64,000 bases of DNA from an uncultured Chitinophaga sp. (GTDB lineage Bacteria > Bacteroidota > Bacteroidia > Chitinophagales > Chitinophagaceae), in assembly GCA_964519865.1 (NCBI GenBank), contig CAZFLL010000009.1, positions 77-64,076 of the forward strand. Reading direction: 5' to 3'. Position numbers and translations under genes: made by a program. The number at the start of each line of letters is the position of its first letter. Position 1 is the first letter of the stretch. Positions 18,023 through 27,361 of the stretch are shown in pieces. The notes below the pieces were generated by a model that saw only the letters and a list, made by a program, of their open reading frames with translations, was not told the DNA's origin and did no database searches.

Positions 18023-18910
18023 ATGAACCGCCAACTTATCATCTCCCTCGCATTTTGTATCAGCCTGCCTGTGACTGATGGGTTTTGCCAGCAGGAAGCA
18101 GGGAATACTGCAACTGATCAGCAGCAGGTCATACAAAAAAAGAAAATGAATTTTTTTATAGTCAGTAAACGCAAAAAAGGGAAACTGGACCTGGCTACCC
18201 GCTACAATGTACTGCGTTCTAAATTCAAGGCGTTTTTCTGCCGGAAACAGTTGGTGGCCATTGTTGCCAGTGACACCAGGCAGGCCTGCGACAAAATCAG
18301 TCAGAAACTGGGAAAGAATGACGCCAGCCTGGGAACAATATGGTTTGATTCACACGGCATGTATAAAAAAGGGTACTCCCTGTTTTTTATAGGGAAGGAC
18401 GAGATCAGTTATATTTCATTGAAAGACAGTGTCCTGATTTCTAATTTTGAAAAATTATCTCCTTTTGCTGATCCCAATACCCGGCTGGTGATCGGTTCCT
18501 GCTATGGCGGAGCTACCTATAACCGGTCCTCCATAGATTATAAAGACACCACCCGGATGAACGGGGATTCCCTGATGATTGCCATTGGTAATATAATCCG
18601 GAACGGGAAAATATATGCTTCCGAAAGCTGGGTGATGACCAAGCCAGGGCTTTTCCGCCGCAGACCTTCAGTAGGCGGATTCCCCGGCCGGAAATTATTC
18701 AGGGATGTATGCTATGAACCTGCCTGGAAAAATATGGGTGTCTGGAACCAATATGATGCCGGGATCGGGACAATCAGCAAGAGTAACCCGGTATCCCTCG
18801 ACCGTTATGGCAATCTTATCGTACGGGGTATTCCATATGAACATGAGCGGTCCTTTAAAAAAAGTTATCATAAAAAATTAACCCGGCTCCAGTCTAATCT
18901 TTATAAATAA
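18023..18910 (+). CDS. Exported protein with putative clan CD (caspase-like) His-Cys dyad (start MNRQL)
   Basis: Signal-like N-terminus; IWFDSHG and LVIGSCYGG motifs; His and Cys codons 49 residues apart. Confidence 0.7.
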   Translation: MNRQLIISLAFCISLPVTDGFCQQEAGNTATDQQQVIQKKKMNFFIVSKRKKGKLDLATRYNVLRSKFKAFFCRKQLVAIVASDTRQACDKISQKLGKNDASLGTIWFDSHGMYKKGYSLFFIGKDEISYISLKDSVLISNFEKLSPFADPNTRLVIGSCYGGATYNRSSIDYKDTTRMNGDSLMIAIGNIIRNGKIYASESWVMTKPGLFRRRPSVGGFPGRKLFRDVCYEPAWKNMGVWNQYDAGIGTISKSNPVSLDRYGNLIVRGIPYEHERSFKKSYHKKLTRLQSNLYK

Positions 18911-18986
18911 AAAAATACAGTAGTTACAAAATCAGGGGAAATCCAGTTTAATTCACAGAACTTTAAAAAAGCCAAACCTTACAGGT

Positions 18987-19601
18987 ATGAAAAAATATTT
19001 CATTCTCCTGTTCTTAGCCGGGATGACCATCCGCCTGGAGGCGCAAAATACAGGTAGAAAATTTATCAGCGTGGCCGTACTGAATACCCAGACCGATCTG
19101 CCATTTTCAAAATTTACGGGAATGTTTTATAAAGCTTTCCACCCGGGTATAGAGTTCAGCTATGGAAAAAATTTCAAGGTTAAACCCAGGCATGACTGGT
19201 ACTATGATTTCAGGCTGGCCTATTTCTACCACCGGTTTGTTCAACATGGGATACCCGTTTACAGCAACCTGGGGTACCGGTATAAATTTAAATCCCCCTT
19301 TTCGTTGTCCGCAGAGGCAGGAGCAGGTTATCTCCATTCCATTCCAGCCACGGCCAAACTCCGGCTGAATGAGAATGGGGACTATGTAAATGATAAAGGG
19401 ATTGGCCGGGTGCAGGTGAATGTTTGTTTCGGTATTGGTGCCGGGTACCTGTTGAGGCCTTCCTCCCCTTCCTCCCTGAAACTTTTCATTAATTACCAGC
19501 AACGGCTGCAATTGCCCTTTGTCAGATCCTATGTGCCCATACTTCCTTACAACAGTTTCCTGATCGGCCTCTCAAAACCTGTTCACCGGAAAAGTAAATA
19601 A
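18987..19601 (+). CDS. Small outer-membrane beta-barrel-like protein
   Basis: Signal peptide, alternating aromatic/Gly strands (GIEFSYG, FRLAYFY, LGYRY, GAGYL, FGIGAGY). Confidence 0.7.
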   Translation: MKKYFILLFLAGMTIRLEAQNTGRKFISVAVLNTQTDLPFSKFTGMFYKAFHPGIEFSYGKNFKVKPRHDWYYDFRLAYFYHRFVQHGIPVYSNLGYRYKFKSPFSLSAEAGAGYLHSIPATAKLRLNENGDYVNDKGIGRVQVNVCFGIGAGYLLRPSSPSSLKLFINYQQRLQLPFVRSYVPILPYNSFLIGLSKPVHRKSK

Positions 19602-19617
19602 CCCTTCAACTATTGTT

Positions 19618-20805
19618 ATGAAAAAAATATTTATCGGGTTGTTCCTCATCGGATTTACCGCATTCAGTTGCCGGAAAGCACAGATCCGCCCGACCAGCAC
19701 GATTGGCGTATCGTCTCCGTGGACAGACAGCAGCAGCCGCCATCCGAAGAATACGGCCTTCAGTCAACTGCTGGACAAGTATAAAAAGAAAGGATTGCCT
19801 GGTATTTCCTTACTGGTCCGTGATGCGTCCGGTACCTGGACGGGAGCGGTGGGTAAAGCAGATCTGTCGAATGATATTGATTTTGTTCCGGGAACTGTTT
19901 CGAAAGCAGCCAGTATTACCAAGCTATTTATCGGCACGCTGGTATTCCGGCTGATGGAGGATTCAGTCCATACAGGGCTCGGGTATACGGCCCTTCAACG
20001 CAAGGTAAATGAATGGCTGCCCGCCCGTGTTACCAATAAACTCGCCAATGGAAATGTGATCACATTGGGACAATGCATGAAACATGAGACTGGTATCCCG
20101 GACCTGATCAGTGAGGACCGGTTCTACCTGGCTGTATTAAATAACCCGAATAAGAAATGGGAACCGGAGGAATTGCTGGAATATATTTATGACAAACCGG
20201 CTGAGTTCGCCGCTGGTGATACTGCGGTCTATTCCAATACCAATACGGTGTTAGTCACTATGATCATTGAAGCCCAGACCGGGAAAAAACATGCGCAGTT
20301 GCTGCATGACTATGTATTAAAACCACTGGGGCTGAACAACACCTTTTATCAGCCGCATGATGTACTTCCCGCTTACACCGCGCAGGGATATTATGATCTG
20401 TATAACAACGGAAGTATTGTGAATGTATCCAACCTGGTTACCGGTAGTGGCAATGGATACGGGGGGCTCTACAGCAATATATACGACCTCTATGCTTTTA
20501 TGGATGCGATGTTTATCCGGGGTAACTTCCTGCTACCCTCTTCCATGGCCATTATGAAAACATGGGGAAAGAAAGACGATACCAATTATTATGGTTATGG
20601 AATCCAGCAGTCCTATATCCGGGGAAATGATTTTGGAATCGGGCATAAAGGCAGGGACCTTGGCTATTCGGCGAATGCTTTTTATTTCCCGTCAAAGGGG
20701 GTGACACATATATTTTTTGTGAATTACGGGACTGATGCCGACAGCGGGCTGAAAGATATCTTTTTTGAATTCGTGGATGAGCTGGTGACCCTGAGCCTGC
20801 AATGA
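19618..20805 (+). CDS. Serine hydrolase lipoprotein (beta-lactamase / S12 family)
   Basis: Lipobox AFSC, SITK (SxxK), YSN, GHKG. Confidence 0.92.
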   Translation: MKKIFIGLFLIGFTAFSCRKAQIRPTSTIGVSSPWTDSSSRHPKNTAFSQLLDKYKKKGLPGISLLVRDASGTWTGAVGKADLSNDIDFVPGTVSKAASITKLFIGTLVFRLMEDSVHTGLGYTALQRKVNEWLPARVTNKLANGNVITLGQCMKHETGIPDLISEDRFYLAVLNNPNKKWEPEELLEYIYDKPAEFAAGDTAVYSNTNTVLVTMIIEAQTGKKHAQLLHDYVLKPLGLNNTFYQPHDVLPAYTAQGYYDLYNNGSIVNVSNLVTGSGNGYGGLYSNIYDLYAFMDAMFIRGNFLLPSSMAIMKTWGKKDDTNYYGYGIQQSYIRGNDFGIGHKGRDLGYSANAFYFPSKGVTHIFFVNYGTDADSGLKDIFFEFVDELVTLSLQ

Positions 20806-21573
20806 TCAGGCCTTCATCCGTTGTTTCATGGCTTCATACAGGATCATTCCGGTGGCCACCGATACGTTCAGGCTTTCGAAATCCCCTTTCATGGGGATTT
20901 TTATTTTCTCATCACAGATCTTCATCAGGGCCGGGTAGACTCCTTTCTCCTCACTGCCCAGTACAATGGCACAGGGTATGGTAAAATCAATATCACTGAT
21001 CGTTTTTTCAGCGGTCATTTCACTGGCAAAAACAAGGATGCCATTCAGGTGCAGTTCATCTACGGCTTTCATGAGGCTGTTGACCCGGCAAACCGGCATT
21101 TTTTCCAAGGCACCGGCTGAAGTCAGGATAGCGTCTTCATTCAAGGCACCCACTCCTTTGTCAGGTATAATGATGGCCTGAACACCTGTACAGAGGGCTG
21201 TACGGGCTATACCGCCGATATTGCGGATATCCGTTATGCCATCGAGGATCAGGAATAAAGGGGCTTCACCGCTCTCCATCACAAAGGAAATCACATCCTG
21301 CAGAGACTGGTACTGTACTTTGGCAATCAGCGCCACACATCCTTCATGCCCGGTAATATTGAAACTGTTGAGTTTGGCTGCCGGGACATAGTTAATGGGT
21401 ACACCTGCCTGTGAGGCCAGGTGTTTGAGTTCCCGGATATCAGTGCCCTGGGCCATGGTATCCAGGTAAATCCTGTCCAGTTGTAATCCGTTCTGTAATG
21501 CGTCCATCACGGCCGGACGGCCAATGACCAGGGAGCTCTTTTTAGGGCGCTGCGGTTGCCTGAAATTTTTCAC
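20806..21573 (-). CDS. rlmB: 23S rRNA Gm2251 SPOUT methyltransferase
   Basis: LDGITDIRNIGGIART, GSEEKG, ESLNVSVA. Confidence 0.92.
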   Translation of the reverse strand: MKNFRQPQRPKKSSLVIGRPAVMDALQNGLQLDRIYLDTMAQGTDIRELKHLASQAGVPINYVPAAKLNSFNITGHEGCVALIAKVQYQSLQDVISFVMESGEAPLFLILDGITDIRNIGGIARTALCTGVQAIIIPDKGVGALNEDAILTSAGALEKMPVCRVNSLMKAVDELHLNGILVFASEMTAEKTISDIDFTIPCAIVLGSEEKGVYPALMKICDEKIKIPMKGDFESLNVSVATGMILYEAMKQRMKA

Positions 21574-21605
21574 CAGGTAAAAGTAAGTTTTTTGATCCGG
21601 GCAAT

Positions 21606-21645
21606 AAAAAACCCTGAAAGGAAATCGCTCTTCCAGGGTTTTTTG
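21606..21645 (-). terminator. Terminator after metK
   Basis: aaaaaccctg...cagggttttt inverted repeat with A/T tails. Confidence 0.7.
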
Positions 21646-21660
21646 ATCACGCTGATCTGA

Positions 21661-22917
21661 TTATTTAATGCCAAACGCTTTTTTCACTTTGTTTACATAA
21701 TCCAGCTTTTCCCAGGTAAACAGTTCCACTTTGCGGGTTACTGATTTGCCATCAGGGGATGTAAAGGTTTTTTCCACCACCTGGGGAAGACGGCCCATAT
21801 GACCATACGCGGCAGTTTCGCTGTAAATAGGATTACGCAGTTTCAGGCGTTGTTCGATAAAGTAAGGGCGCATATCGAAAACAGATTCCACGATTTTACC
21901 AATTTCACCGTCATTCAGCCCGACATTGGCAGTCCCATATGTGTTTACGTTGATGCTGGTGGGTTTTGCTACTCCGATAGCGTAAGATACCTGTACCAGG
22001 ACTTCGCTGGCCACACCGGCCGCCACGAGGTTCTTGGCAATATGACGGGTGGCATAAGCGGCAGAACGGTCAACCTTGGAAGGATCTTTACCACTGAATG
22101 CTCCTCCGCCATGGGCACCTTTTCCACCATAGGTGTCAACGATGATTTTCCGGCCGGTCAGACCTGTATCACCGTGCGGCCCACCGATTACAAACTTACC
22201 AGTGGGGTTAACGTGGTATTTAATATCGCTGTTGAACAGTTTCGCGTATTTCTTATATTTTGTTTTCATGCGGGGCACCAGGATATTGATCACATCATTC
22301 TTGATCCGGGCCAGCATTTTATTTTCGGTATCAAAGTCATCGTGCTGGGTGGAAATCACGATCGCGTCAATCCGTACCGGTTTGTTATTATCATCATATT
22401 CCAGGGTTACCTGGCTTTTGGCATCCGGGCGGAGATAAGGCATCTTGGAATTCTTCTCCCGGCGAATGGCCGCCAGTTCGATCAGCAGGTTATGGGCCAG
22501 GTCGAGTGCAAGCGGCATATAATGCTCGGTTTCGTTGGTGGCATACCCAAACATCATCCCCTGGTCACCGGCACCCTGTTCTTCTTTTTTCTTGCGGTCA
22601 ACACCCTGGTTGATATCAGCAGACTGTTCATGAATCGCGGATAAAACACCACAGCTGCTGGCTTCAAACATATACTCGCTTTTTGTATACCCGATTTTCC
22701 GGATCACGCCACGGGCTATTTCCTGTACATCCAGGTAAGCTTTTGATTTCACTTCACCGGCAAGAACAACCTGCCCGGTGGTAACCAGTGTTTCACAGGC
22801 AACTTTTGACTGGGGGTCAAAAGCCAGGAAGTTGTCGATCAGGGCATCAGAAATCTGGTCGGCCACTTTATCGGGGTGACCTTCACTTACGGACTCGGAT
22901 GTAAATAAATAAGGCAT
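21661..22917 (-). CDS. metK: S-adenosylmethionine synthetase
   Basis: [26 protein letters not shown]. Confidence 0.99.
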   Translation of the reverse strand: MPYLFTSESVSEGHPDKVADQISDALIDNFLAFDPQSKVACETLVTTGQVVLAGEVKSKAYLDVQEIARGVIRKIGYTKSEYMFEASSCGVLSAIHEQSADINQGVDRKKKEEQGAGDQGMMFGYATNETEHYMPLALDLAHNLLIELAAIRREKNSKMPYLRPDAKSQVTLEYDDNNKPVRIDAIVISTQHDDFDTENKMLARIKNDVINILVPRMKTKYKKYAKLFNSDIKYHVNPTGKFVIGGPHGDTGLTGRKIIVDTYGGKGAHGGGAFSGKDPSKVDRSAAYATRHIAKNLVAAGVASEVLVQVSYAIGVAKPTSINVNTYGTANVGLNDGEIGKIVESVFDMRPYFIEQRLKLRNPIYSETAAYGHMGRLPQVVEKTFTSPDGKSVTRKVELFTWEKLDYVNKVKKAFGIK

Positions 22918-22938
22918 GATTTATTGTTTTTAAGGACG

Positions 22939-22946
22939 CAAAGATA
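22939..22946 (-). promoter_or_regulatory. -7 promoter element (metK)
   Basis: TATCTTTG 21 nt before the ATG. Confidence 0.7.
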
Positions 22947-23017
22947 AGGGCAGCAACAGAATGAACAAAGCCCTTCCCGGTGAAAGGAAGGACTTTTAAA
23001 CATATCTTGATAACTCT

Positions 23018-24457
23018 TTAGAGTTTTGAATAGACCAGCCGTAACCTCAGGCGTTTTGCCGGATTCACGTAACTGCCACCAGCGAGCACCACCCGGCCAT
23101 TAGCGGGCTGGTCGGTGACATAAATCTGGTTTATTCCTCCAAATAACGGTGAGAATATAAAGGTTCTGACCGGAGTATAGATCCGCAGTTTGTAGTTCGC
23201 AGTTCGCTTCGTCACCATACTCTGTACATACCGGGAAATATTGAACCGGAATGTGCTGTCGGATTTGCGCAGACCTCCAAACGAAGTTATATCATAGGTA
23301 TAATTCGAAATATTGTTCGAAAGACCCATATCATTATCAAAACTAAGCACTGAATCCCCGGTTGCACTTACCCGGTCAAGGAATAAGGCCTGTTGCTGGG
23401 TAAAAATATTATCCTGGGCTGTGCGGATCGGGGTGGCAATGATTTCAGCCCGGTGGATCACTGAATTCCGGAATGTATCCAGGGCCGGAATACGGAGTAA
23501 CCCATATGAACCCGGTGTGCTTTGCAGGTAAAGCAGGTCATCATTCGCCCCTGCATTGGCCAGGTAATTGTTCCAGCCTCCGGCGGGGGTACGTTTAATG
23601 ATATTGGCCTGTCCGCCGGTGGTATGCATGAAATCCACAGAGGTGGTATCAATCACCCCGTTTTTCCTGACCTGGAAATAGAAAGTCAGTTTGGTTTTCG
23701 CATTATCCGAAGGAATGAAATAAGCCAGGGCACTTCCCGTATTATCTGCTTTAATGGCCAGTCCGCGGAAAAGTGTTTTAAAGATAGAATCTGACCGGTA
23801 GGCGCCATTCGACGTATTGGTTGTATCGTAATTTTTAAAACGGGTGCCCAGCTGGGTGGTCAGCGGAATCCGCAGCACATTCGCCAGTTTTGTGGTATCC
23901 CGTTTACGGATATGAAGGATCGTGTCATCCAGGTTTTTGATCTGGAATGATTTTGACCCCAGTTCACCCCCGGTGGTCAGTAAATCAGGCTGGTTATATT
24001 TAAAAAGCGTGGTGTCATTTAAGCCGGATGCCTGGGCTACTTCGAAGACCCGAACAGTCTGGATGCTGTTTGTATCGCCGTAATAACTGTCGTAAGCCAG
24101 TGATAAAACAACTGAGTCAATCGCCACTACAGAGTCCTTGTTATAGAAAGGGTGTACCAGCAGGTTGGAATAGCTGACATTGAAATAGGAATCGCCCTTG
24201 GTGGTGCCAAATTCGGGGTCATTGCTGAGATACCCGAGGGCATGAAGGTCAGTATAATACACTTTATTGGTATCGTTATACAGCTTATTGTCTGACTCGA
24301 TATCCAGGAACGCTTCAAAGGTGTTGATATTGTCAATCGGCGGGATCAGCCCGCTGCCCAGTTCTGTGGCATCATTGATCTTCCGGCAGGCTGAAAACAG
24401 AATAGCAACCGCGGAAACGATTGCTATGGCCGAACATGCTTTTTTAGTATACTTCAC
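23018..24457 (-). CDS. DUF4270-family lipoprotein
   Basis: Lipobox FSAC, LGSGLIP start, C-terminal KRLRLRLVYSK, position behind the GT5-like gene. Confidence 0.8.
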   Translation of the reverse strand: MKYTKKACSAIAIVSAVAILFSACRKINDATELGSGLIPPIDNINTFEAFLDIESDNKLYNDTNKVYYTDLHALGYLSNDPEFGTTKGDSYFNVSYSNLLVHPFYNKDSVVAIDSVVLSLAYDSYYGDTNSIQTVRVFEVAQASGLNDTTLFKYNQPDLLTTGGELGSKSFQIKNLDDTILHIRKRDTTKLANVLRIPLTTQLGTRFKNYDTTNTSNGAYRSDSIFKTLFRGLAIKADNTGSALAYFIPSDNAKTKLTFYFQVRKNGVIDTTSVDFMHTTGGQANIIKRTPAGGWNNYLANAGANDDLLYLQSTPGSYGLLRIPALDTFRNSVIHRAEIIATPIRTAQDNIFTQQQALFLDRVSATGDSVLSFDNDMGLSNNISNYTYDITSFGGLRKSDSTFRFNISRYVQSMVTKRTANYKLRIYTPVRTFIFSPLFGGINQIYVTDQPANGRVVLAGGSYVNPAKRLRLRLVYSKL

Positions 24458-24488
24458 AAAGAAATTTTATAATCGGGGTTAGTGATTT

Positions 24489-25304
24489 TTATTTACCTGC
24501 AAGGTCGCTATACAGTTGTAAATAGTCTGTTAAATCTCCTTCCGGGTTATACGGCAGGGTTTTCTTACCACGAACCTTGGTAAATTCATCCAGCAGTTTT
24601 TTGTCAATTTTTTCTGCCCCGAAAGTGATGGCATCAGAGAAACTGGCGCCCCCGCGCTGCATGGCGGTATTGGTACCTTCCTTAAAGACTTCCAGGTCTT
24701 TTTCCTTTAGGCTGGCATGGATCAGCGCTTTTTTGATCAGCCCGCTGCCCAGTTTTTCCTTAAACGTATTCTGGCCAATCGTGTAGACGATCTTACTATG
24801 GGCAAAAACGGGTTCTTTCTTATATACCGTCTTGAGAAATGCCGGGATCAGACCTGTCATCCATCCGCTGCAATGGATGATATCCGGAGGCCAGCCGAAT
24901 TTTTTTACTGTTTCAAGGGCCCCTTTGCAGAAAAAGACAGTGCGGAGATCATTATCGTCATACCATTTTTCCTGCTCATCATGGAACACAAACTTGCGTT
25001 TAAAGAGTTCCTCATTATCCAGGAAATAGACCTGTAACCGGGCACTGGGCAATGAGGCCACTTTGATCTGGAGCGGCATGTCATCGTTGTCCACCGACAC
25101 ATTAATACCGGATAACCGGACTACTTCATGGAGGCGGTGACGGCGCTCGTTGATGATGCCAAACCGGGGCATGATGCAACGGACTTCAAAATTGTTGTCA
25201 TTGGCCTTGATCGCGAGTTTATTCACGATTTCAGAAAACTCTGTCAACTCCAGGTAGGGTGACATTTCGTTCGCGATAAATAAAATTCTTTTCTTTGCTG
25301 ACAT
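24489..25304 (-). CDS. Stand-alone glycogen/starch synthase N-terminal (GT5) domain protein (start MSAKK)
   Basis: RILFIANE, VRCIMPRFGIINERRHRLHEVVRLSG, WPPDIIHCSGW; no C-terminal GT domain. Confidence 0.85.
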   Translation of the reverse strand: MSAKKRILFIANEMSPYLELTEFSEIVNKLAIKANDNNFEVRCIMPRFGIINERRHRLHEVVRLSGINVSVDNDDMPLQIKVASLPSARLQVYFLDNEELFKRKFVFHDEQEKWYDDNDLRTVFFCKGALETVKKFGWPPDIIHCSGWMTGLIPAFLKTVYKKEPVFAHSKIVYTIGQNTFKEKLGSGLIKKALIHASLKEKDLEVFKEGTNTAMQRGGASFSDAITFGAEKIDKKLLDEFTKVRGKKTLPYNPEGDLTDYLQLYSDLAGK

Positions 25305-25379
25305 GTGCGTCCTTTTTTGGTACCGGGTTAAGGCGGGAAACAAACCCGCTGTCGCCCACTACAATCGCCTAAAGGCGGG

Positions 25380-25387
25380 CAAAGGTA
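25380..25387 (-). promoter_or_regulatory. -7 promoter element (GT5-DUF4270 unit)
   Basis: TACCTTTG. Confidence 0.65.
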
Positions 25388-25446
25388 ACAAATTTAGACC
25401 GAATTTGATTTTTAAAAGCACTTCAGACCTCAAACACTACCAGACT

Positions 25447-26298
25447 ATGATTTTATATAAAAAAGCCGCTGATCTCCGTAAACATCTTGATGATCAGTCA
25501 AAATCAGGAAAAAAAACCGGATTTGTGCCTACGATGGGTGCACTGCATGATGGTCATTTATCCCTGATCCGTATTTCAAAAAAGGCAACTGATCTGACTG
25601 TTTGCAGCATTTTTGTCAATCCCACCCAGTTCAATGATCCCGCGGATTTTGAAAAATACCCGATCAGTACTGACGCTGATATCGCCCTCTTATTAACAGC
25701 GGGCTGCGACATCCTTTTTTTACCGGATGTGAAAGAAATGTACCCGGAAGGGTTAACACCCACCCGCCATTATGACCTGGGCACCATGGAAAACCTGCTG
25801 GAAGGTCAATTCAGGCCGGGTCATTTTCAGGGTGTATGCCAGGTGGTACACCGGCTGATGGACCAGGTACAACCCGATCAGCTTTTCCTGGGTCAGAAAG
25901 ATTACCAGCAATGCATGGTGATCAACCGGCTCCTCCACCTGACCGGTTTTGATAAAAAAACAAAGCTCCGGGTATGCCCCACCCTGCGGGAACCGGATGG
26001 ACTGGCCATGAGCAGCCGAAACCGGAGACTGAATGAATCAAACCGTATCACCGCTGCCAGGATTTACAGGGTGCTCAATGATATAAAGGAACAGTTACAG
26101 CCCGGGGATATATCTCTGCTTAAAAAGGCTGCAATGACTCAGCTTCAGGAGGCCGGCTTCCGTACGGACTACCTGGAACTGGCGGATGCGAATACCCTTC
26201 AGCCGGTTCAAAGCTGGAATGGACATCAAAAGCTGGTAGCCCTTGTTGCTGCTTTTCTCGGACCTGTCAGACTGATTGATAACCTTCCTTTAAATTAG
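25447..26298 (+). CDS. panC: Pantoate--beta-alanine ligase (start MILYK)
   Basis: GFVPTMGALHDGH, SIFVNPTQF, RPGHFQGV, GQKDYQQ, LAMSSRN, RLIDN. Confidence 0.98.
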   Translation: MILYKKAADLRKHLDDQSKSGKKTGFVPTMGALHDGHLSLIRISKKATDLTVCSIFVNPTQFNDPADFEKYPISTDADIALLLTAGCDILFLPDVKEMYPEGLTPTRHYDLGTMENLLEGQFRPGHFQGVCQVVHRLMDQVQPDQLFLGQKDYQQCMVINRLLHLTGFDKKTKLRVCPTLREPDGLAMSSRNRRLNESNRITAARIYRVLNDIKEQLQPGDISLLKKAAMTQLQEAGFRTDYLELADANTLQPVQSWNGHQKLVALVAAFLGPVRLIDNLPLN

Positions 26299-26356
26299 GC
26301 CGTCTTACTGCACATTGTTTTGTTTTTCAGTTTCATCGCTTTACTTTCGGGGAGAG

Positions 26357-27361
26357 ATGAATAAAAATGTCCGGACCATATTTCAATACCTTCTTTTTCT
26401 CGGTGTGGGTATTTTCTTTGCCTGGCTTTCGCTGAAGAACCTGGATAAAGAAAAAACGGAACAAATAAAAATGGCTTTCCGGAATGCCCGGCATTGGCTG
26501 GCGGTACCCGTTTTCCTGATCCTGATCGGCAGTCATTGGGTGAGGGCAATCCGCTGGAGACTGCTGATGGAACCGATGGGATATATGCCAACGCGGCTCA
26601 ATTCATTTTTTGCAGTGATGATCGGTTACCTGGTGAATATGGGGGTACCCCGCCTGGGCGAAATCGTGAAATGTACCGTACTGGCGCGGTATGAAAAAAT
26701 ACCCGCGGATAAGCTGGTCGGCACCATTATCCTGGAACGGATGATCGATGCTATGACCTTATTGGTGGTATTCGGCCTCACGATCCTCCTTCAGCCACAG
26801 CTGTATTCCCAGATACTGGATGCCTTTTTTAACGCACCGGAAGCAACCGGAGAAAAGAAAATTTCCACCCTCCTGGTGACCGCCATTATCGCAGGGGCTT
26901 TTTTGCTCCTGGTTGGTTTATGGATGCTGATCCGTAAAAAAACGGTCAAGGACCTGCAGGCCATCTTTCTCAAAATTTACCGTAGCGTCATCCAGGGGAT
27001 CAGCACCATCCGGCACCTGAAAAAAAGAGGACGTTTCCTGTTTTATACATTTCTGCTCTGGGGCTTTTACCTGGCCGGTGGGTATATTGGTTTTATGGCC
27101 TTCCGGGAAACAGAAATTTATGGCGTCAGGGAAGCTTTTACCATATTATCCGCAGGCAGTATCGGGATGATTGCCTCGCCCGGAGGCATTGGCGCTTATG
27201 CGTACCTGATAGAAAAGACCATGGAGTTATATGGACTCAGTTATACCATTGCGCTTGCCTTTGGATGGATCCTCTGGCTGGCACAAACCAGCGTGATCCT
27301 TATCGGAGGAATCCTTAGTTTTGGCGCCTTACCTTATTTTAATAAAAAATCAAAACCGTGA
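26357..27361 (+). CDS. Lysylphosphatidylglycerol synthase TM / flippase-like membrane protein (start MNKNV)
   Basis: RAIRWRLL, PRLGEIVK, GTIILERMID, PGGIG; multiple TM helices. Confidence 0.88.
   Translation: MNKNVRTIFQYLLFLGVGIFFAWLSLKNLDKEKTEQIKMAFRNARHWLAVPVFLILIGSHWVRAIRWRLLMEPMGYMPTRLNSFFAVMIGYLVNMGVPRLGEIVKCTVLARYEKIPADKLVGTIILERMIDAMTLLVVFGLTILLQPQLYSQILDAFFNAPEATGEKKISTLLVTAIIAGAFLLLVGLWMLIRKKTVKDLQAIFLKIYRSVIQGISTIRHLKKRGRFLFYTFLLWGFYLAGGYIGFMAFRETEIYGVREAFTILSAGSIGMIASPGGIGAYAYLIEKTMELYGLSYTIALAFGWILWLAQTSVILIGGILSFGALPYFNKKSKP

Noticed and set aside
19618-20805. True beta-lactamase resistance gene
   Set aside because: SxxK/YSN/HxG motifs are shared by the broad S12 esterase/peptidase family, and nothing specific to class A or C enzymes is visible.
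21799-22644. 281-aa ORF antisense to metK, and similar long antisense ORFs over pnp, ppk1, parE and smc
   Set aside because: These are shadow frames of well-conserved genes, with no motifs, promoters or protein-like composition.
22918-23017. Possible SAM riboswitch upstream of metK
   Set aside because: The -7 promoter lies only 21 nt from the ATG, leaving no room. The hairpin further upstream fits the DUF4270 terminator.
25303-25446. N-terminal extensions in the ORF track (panC, BetR, TonB receptor, cytochrome, OmpA and others)
   Set aside because: The extensions cross promoters or neighbouring genes. Downstream ATGs give proper signal peptides or family N-termini.
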